A DNA stretch of 64,000 nucleotides, taken from contig JALOPZ010000002.1 of NCBI GenBank assembly GCA_025453605.1, positions 292,482 through 356,481 of the forward strand. The letters are read 5' to 3'. Position numbers and translations under genes: made by a program. Each line of letters opens with the position of its first letter. Positions within the stretch are counted from its first letter, which is position 1. This DNA is from Candidatus Margulisiibacteriota bacterium (GTDB taxonomy: Bacteria > Margulisbacteria > WOR-1 > O2-12-FULL-45-9 > XYB2-FULL-48-7). This document shows positions 61,472-64,000 of this stretch, in pieces. Below the pieces are notes generated by a model that did no database searches, was not told the origin of the DNA, and saw only the letters and a program-made list of their open reading frames with translations.

Positions 61472-63636
61472 TGCTCCTCTTTATAGGTTTCGCTCGGGAC
61501 CGCGACGGTCACGCCCCCGCCGCGGGGCCAGCGCTCGATCTCCTGCCCTTCCTTATAAACGACGACCACGAACTCGATCTGCTGATTGGTGACGGCGCCC
61601 AGCTCAGCGAACGGCAGCCCCAGTTCGATGATCCGGCCGACGCCAAAGCTAGTAAGTTCGCCGGCCGGCTCGTAATCGTGGCTCTCGGTCGGACGATACA
61701 ACCGGAGGTGGTAGCGCTGATCGGCGGCGTCGTAGTTCAGTTCGACCTTCCGGTCCTGCGGCGCCAGGGTCAACACGGCGAACGAGAACCGGCGTAATTC
61801 CTCGAGCGGCAGGACAAAATTAACATCGAGCCGGACGAACAGGGTGTTCATGCTGAAACCCCAGTAGAAACCCTTGAGCAGGGTCTCGATCTGGTGCATC
61901 GCTCCTTTGGCCCGGTTAATGTCGAAATGCCCGGCCGGCAGCCACTCGTAGTAATTGGTGATCTCGCCGTCGAGGACCGGCTGGAGCAGATAGACCGGCT
62001 CCTTGAGCGGCCGGATGGCGCGGACCTGTTTGATCGGCGCTTCCAGATACTTGGGCGGCTTGCGGCCGATCAGGCTGTAAACATTTTGCAGGTGCTTGCG
62101 GAAGAGGGCGTCAAAGACCGCGTCGTTCTCCGACGAATGGTCGTCGCCGTACCACCAGCACCAATCCGATCCTTCGGCGATATAGAGCTCCTGCCAGGCG
62201 GTCGGATTGTCGGTGCCGTCCAGCGCCAGACGGGCTTTATTCAGGTAGTCCCAGGCCAGATTATCCTCGTCATGCCCGATCCAGATCCGGAAATTATTAT
62301 TGATCCAGGAGCCGGCAAATAGGCGCGGCAGGTGGCGCTGGGGCGGATTTTCCCGCAGATAGTCGGACACCTTGACCGTGCGGACCTGCGGATCGCCGGC
62401 CAGTCGACCGTAGAAAGCCTCCAGGAACTCTTTTCCCCCGCCGGGGTAAAATTCCCAGGCGTTCTCACCGTCCAAAATGACGGAGGCCAGGTATTGGCGG
62501 TTATCATCCGGCAGACTGATCCGAATGTTGTTCAGGTGCGAAGAAAAGTCGGTCAGCGCGTCCTGGACCTTCCAGCGGTTGTAAACGAACCCGATCTGAT
62601 CGGACAGAAAATGATTGCGAAAAACCATCGCCACCAAGGTCCCGTCCTGCTCCACCAGGTACGGCTGATAAAGTTCGGCCGCCCCCAGGTTCCGCTGTCT
62701 CTGTTCGATCTTATTCAGGGTCCGCTCCAGGATCGCTTCGTCGGTTGCCAGCCACTTGATCCCCTCCCGGGCGACCAGCGGAATGACCTGCTCCGAGACC
62801 GACCCTTCCGACGGCCACATCCCCTCCGGCCGGCGGCCAAACCGCTGTTCGTGAAACTCGACCGCCATTTTGATCTGAGCGGCAGCATCAGCCGGATGCT
62901 GGAAAGCGGATTCCGGCAGCTTGATACACGGCAGCGCTTCCCGGGCGACATTGGTATCGCAGAGGAGCGGCAGGATCGGGTGATAGAACGGGGTCGTGGT
63001 CAGCTCGATCTGCCCCCGCTCGCTCAGCTCCCGGTACTTGGGAATGACCTTGCCCATCACTTCGAACTGCTTGGCGATGACCGCGCTTTTGTCTTCCGCG
63101 GTAAAGTATTTCCCCTTGGCGATCAAACCCTTGATCACCGGGTCCTCGTTCCGGTAGATAAAACCGAACCAGGCCAGGTTGAACCAGACCTGCAGGTCAA
63201 GCAATTCCTGGTGCGAAAACCGGGCCGCCACTCTGGCCAGCTCGGCCGGCGGGACAAATCGTCCGCGCTTCAACAGTAGATCCTGATAGCGCTGGTACGG
63301 ATTGATCATGATGTCCCAGTTCGCCATGAAGAAGTTCTGCAGGATAAAGACCCGGTCATCCAGCGACAGATCGGACGGCTCGCGCCGGGTCAGCTCCAAA
63401 AAACGGTCGCTGACCCGGTTGTTGACGTAATCTTCGACCTGCAGGAGGAGCGACGGGACGAGGTTGAAGGTCGCTTTGACTTCGGGAAAACGGTCCAGGA
63501 CCGCGACCATGTCGTAGTAATCCTTAACGGCATGCAGGCGGACCCAGGGGAGAATGTACTCGCCTGTCACCAGGTCCTTGTAGAACGGCTGGTGCATGTG
63601 CCAGATCAGCGCCAGTGAAAGAGGCTGACAGCTCAT
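61459..63636 (-). CDS. GH57 amylopullulanase-like glycoside hydrolase
   Basis: WHMHQPFY, PWVRLHAVKDY, YHPILPLL, GMWPSEGSVS, ILDGENAWE, AEGSDWCWWY. Confidence 0.92.
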   Translation of the reverse strand: MSCQPLSLALIWHMHQPFYKDLVTGEYILPWVRLHAVKDYYDMVAVLDRFPEVKATFNLVPSLLLQVEDYVNNRVSDRFLELTRREPSDLSLDDRVFILQNFFMANWDIMINPYQRYQDLLLKRGRFVPPAELARVAARFSHQELLDLQVWFNLAWFGFIYRNEDPVIKGLIAKGKYFTAEDKSAVIAKQFEVMGKVIPKYRELSERGQIELTTTPFYHPILPLLCDTNVAREALPCIKLPESAFQHPADAAAQIKMAVEFHEQRFGRRPEGMWPSEGSVSEQVIPLVAREGIKWLATDEAILERTLNKIEQRQRNLGAAELYQPYLVEQDGTLVAMVFRNHFLSDQIGFVYNRWKVQDALTDFSSHLNNIRISLPDDNRQYLASVILDGENAWEFYPGGGKEFLEAFYGRLAGDPQVRTVKVSDYLRENPPQRHLPRLFAGSWINNNFRIWIGHDEDNLAWDYLNKARLALDGTDNPTAWQELYIAEGSDWCWWYGDDHSSENDAVFDALFRKHLQNVYSLIGRKPPKYLEAPIKQVRAIRPLKEPVYLLQPVLDGEITNYYEWLPAGHFDINRAKGAMHQIETLLKGFYWGFSMNTLFVRLDVNFVLPLEELRRFSFAVLTLAPQDRKVELNYDAADQRYHLRLYRPTESHDYEPAGELTSFGVGRIIELGLPFAELGAVTNQQIEFVVVVYKEGQEIERWPRGGGVTVAVPSETYKEEQWYV

Positions 63637-63639
63637 CGG

Positions 63640-63759
63640 TTATTTGGACTGCATGGCAATCCCTTTGTTGATCACCCACATCGTGAACAGGAGCGCGATT
63701 ATGGTGATAAAGATGATCGTCCCGCAAATGATCAGCGTGATCAAAATGGCAGTATTCAA
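63640..63759 (-). CDS. 39-aa single-pass membrane protein; not in the ORF track
   Basis: AAGGAGGTGA RBS, TTG start: MNTAILITLIICGTIIFITIIALLFTMWVINKGIAMQSK. Confidence 0.65.
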   Translation of the reverse strand: MNTAILITLIICGTIIFITIIALLFTMWVINKGIAMQSK

Positions 63760-63778
63760 CCCGTCACCTCCTTCCGGT

Positions 63779-64000
63779 CTATTCTTGCGGCGGGAGCACT
63801 TTGGGCGGCCGGCCGTACACCTGCTCGAACAAGCCGGCGTAGCTATCCTTGCCGCTGAGCAAGAGCATGGTCAACGGCATGACCGCACGCGCGTACTGGC
63901 TCATCCGGGCCGACAGCTCCCTGATATCCCATTGAGCGTGAACGTCTTCCCGCAATCTGGCCAGGTGGTAGAGCTCGCGCGCGTTAAGCGTCATCAGGAC
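63779..64000 (-). CDS. thyX: FAD-dependent thymidylate synthase, C-terminal part (runs off the window end)
   Basis: LNARELYHLARLREDVHAQWDIR matches the ThyX C-terminal motif. Confidence 0.8.
   Translation of the reverse strand, partial: VLMTLNARELYHLARLREDVHAQWDIRELSARMSQYARAVMPLTMLLLSGKDSYAGLFEQVYGRPPKVLPPQE

Overview
A gene-dense chromosomal segment of roughly 58-60% GC (estimated by eye) from a diderm bacterium, with most genes on the - strand. GuaB3-type IMPDH, cyanobacteria-like RodA, an NTP-transferase/PGM fusion, the DUF4912 + GH57 pair and abundant CGATCG suggest a non-photosynthetic relative of Cyanobacteria such as Saganbacteria/WOR-1 or Margulisbacteria (inference). Most genes are housekeeping: glyA, guaB3-guaA, mltG-ruvX-alaS-tmk-lptD-dnaB, uvrA, hisI-dnaE, mlaDFE, nnrD-acpS-ilvE-argS, pheA, split transketolase, a partial dcw cluster, gap-pgk-tRNA-Ala-secG, lptC/A, rodA-trpE-ispA-hisF, ycdX-yebC, a 12-kb GH57-based glycogen cluster and thyX. 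Five patterns stand out. (1) Singly inserted orphan genes (two related helical-repeat proteins and a GH16 lipoprotein) share a sigma28-like upstream motif, GAAA-N15-(G/A)YYGA. (2) An AT-rich islet at the uvrA 3' end encodes a proteasome-beta/HslV-like Ntn protein and an ATL/winged-helix-like protein, with a degenerate duplication of the uvrA end. (3) In-frame 7-mer tandem repeats (STRR-like) and a 21-nt hairpin sit inside essential genes. (4) Many housekeeping genes appear leaderless. (5) CGATCG is in HIP1-like excess. No integrase, transposase, CRISPR array or rRNA was seen. All calls are by motif recognition; no database searches were run.
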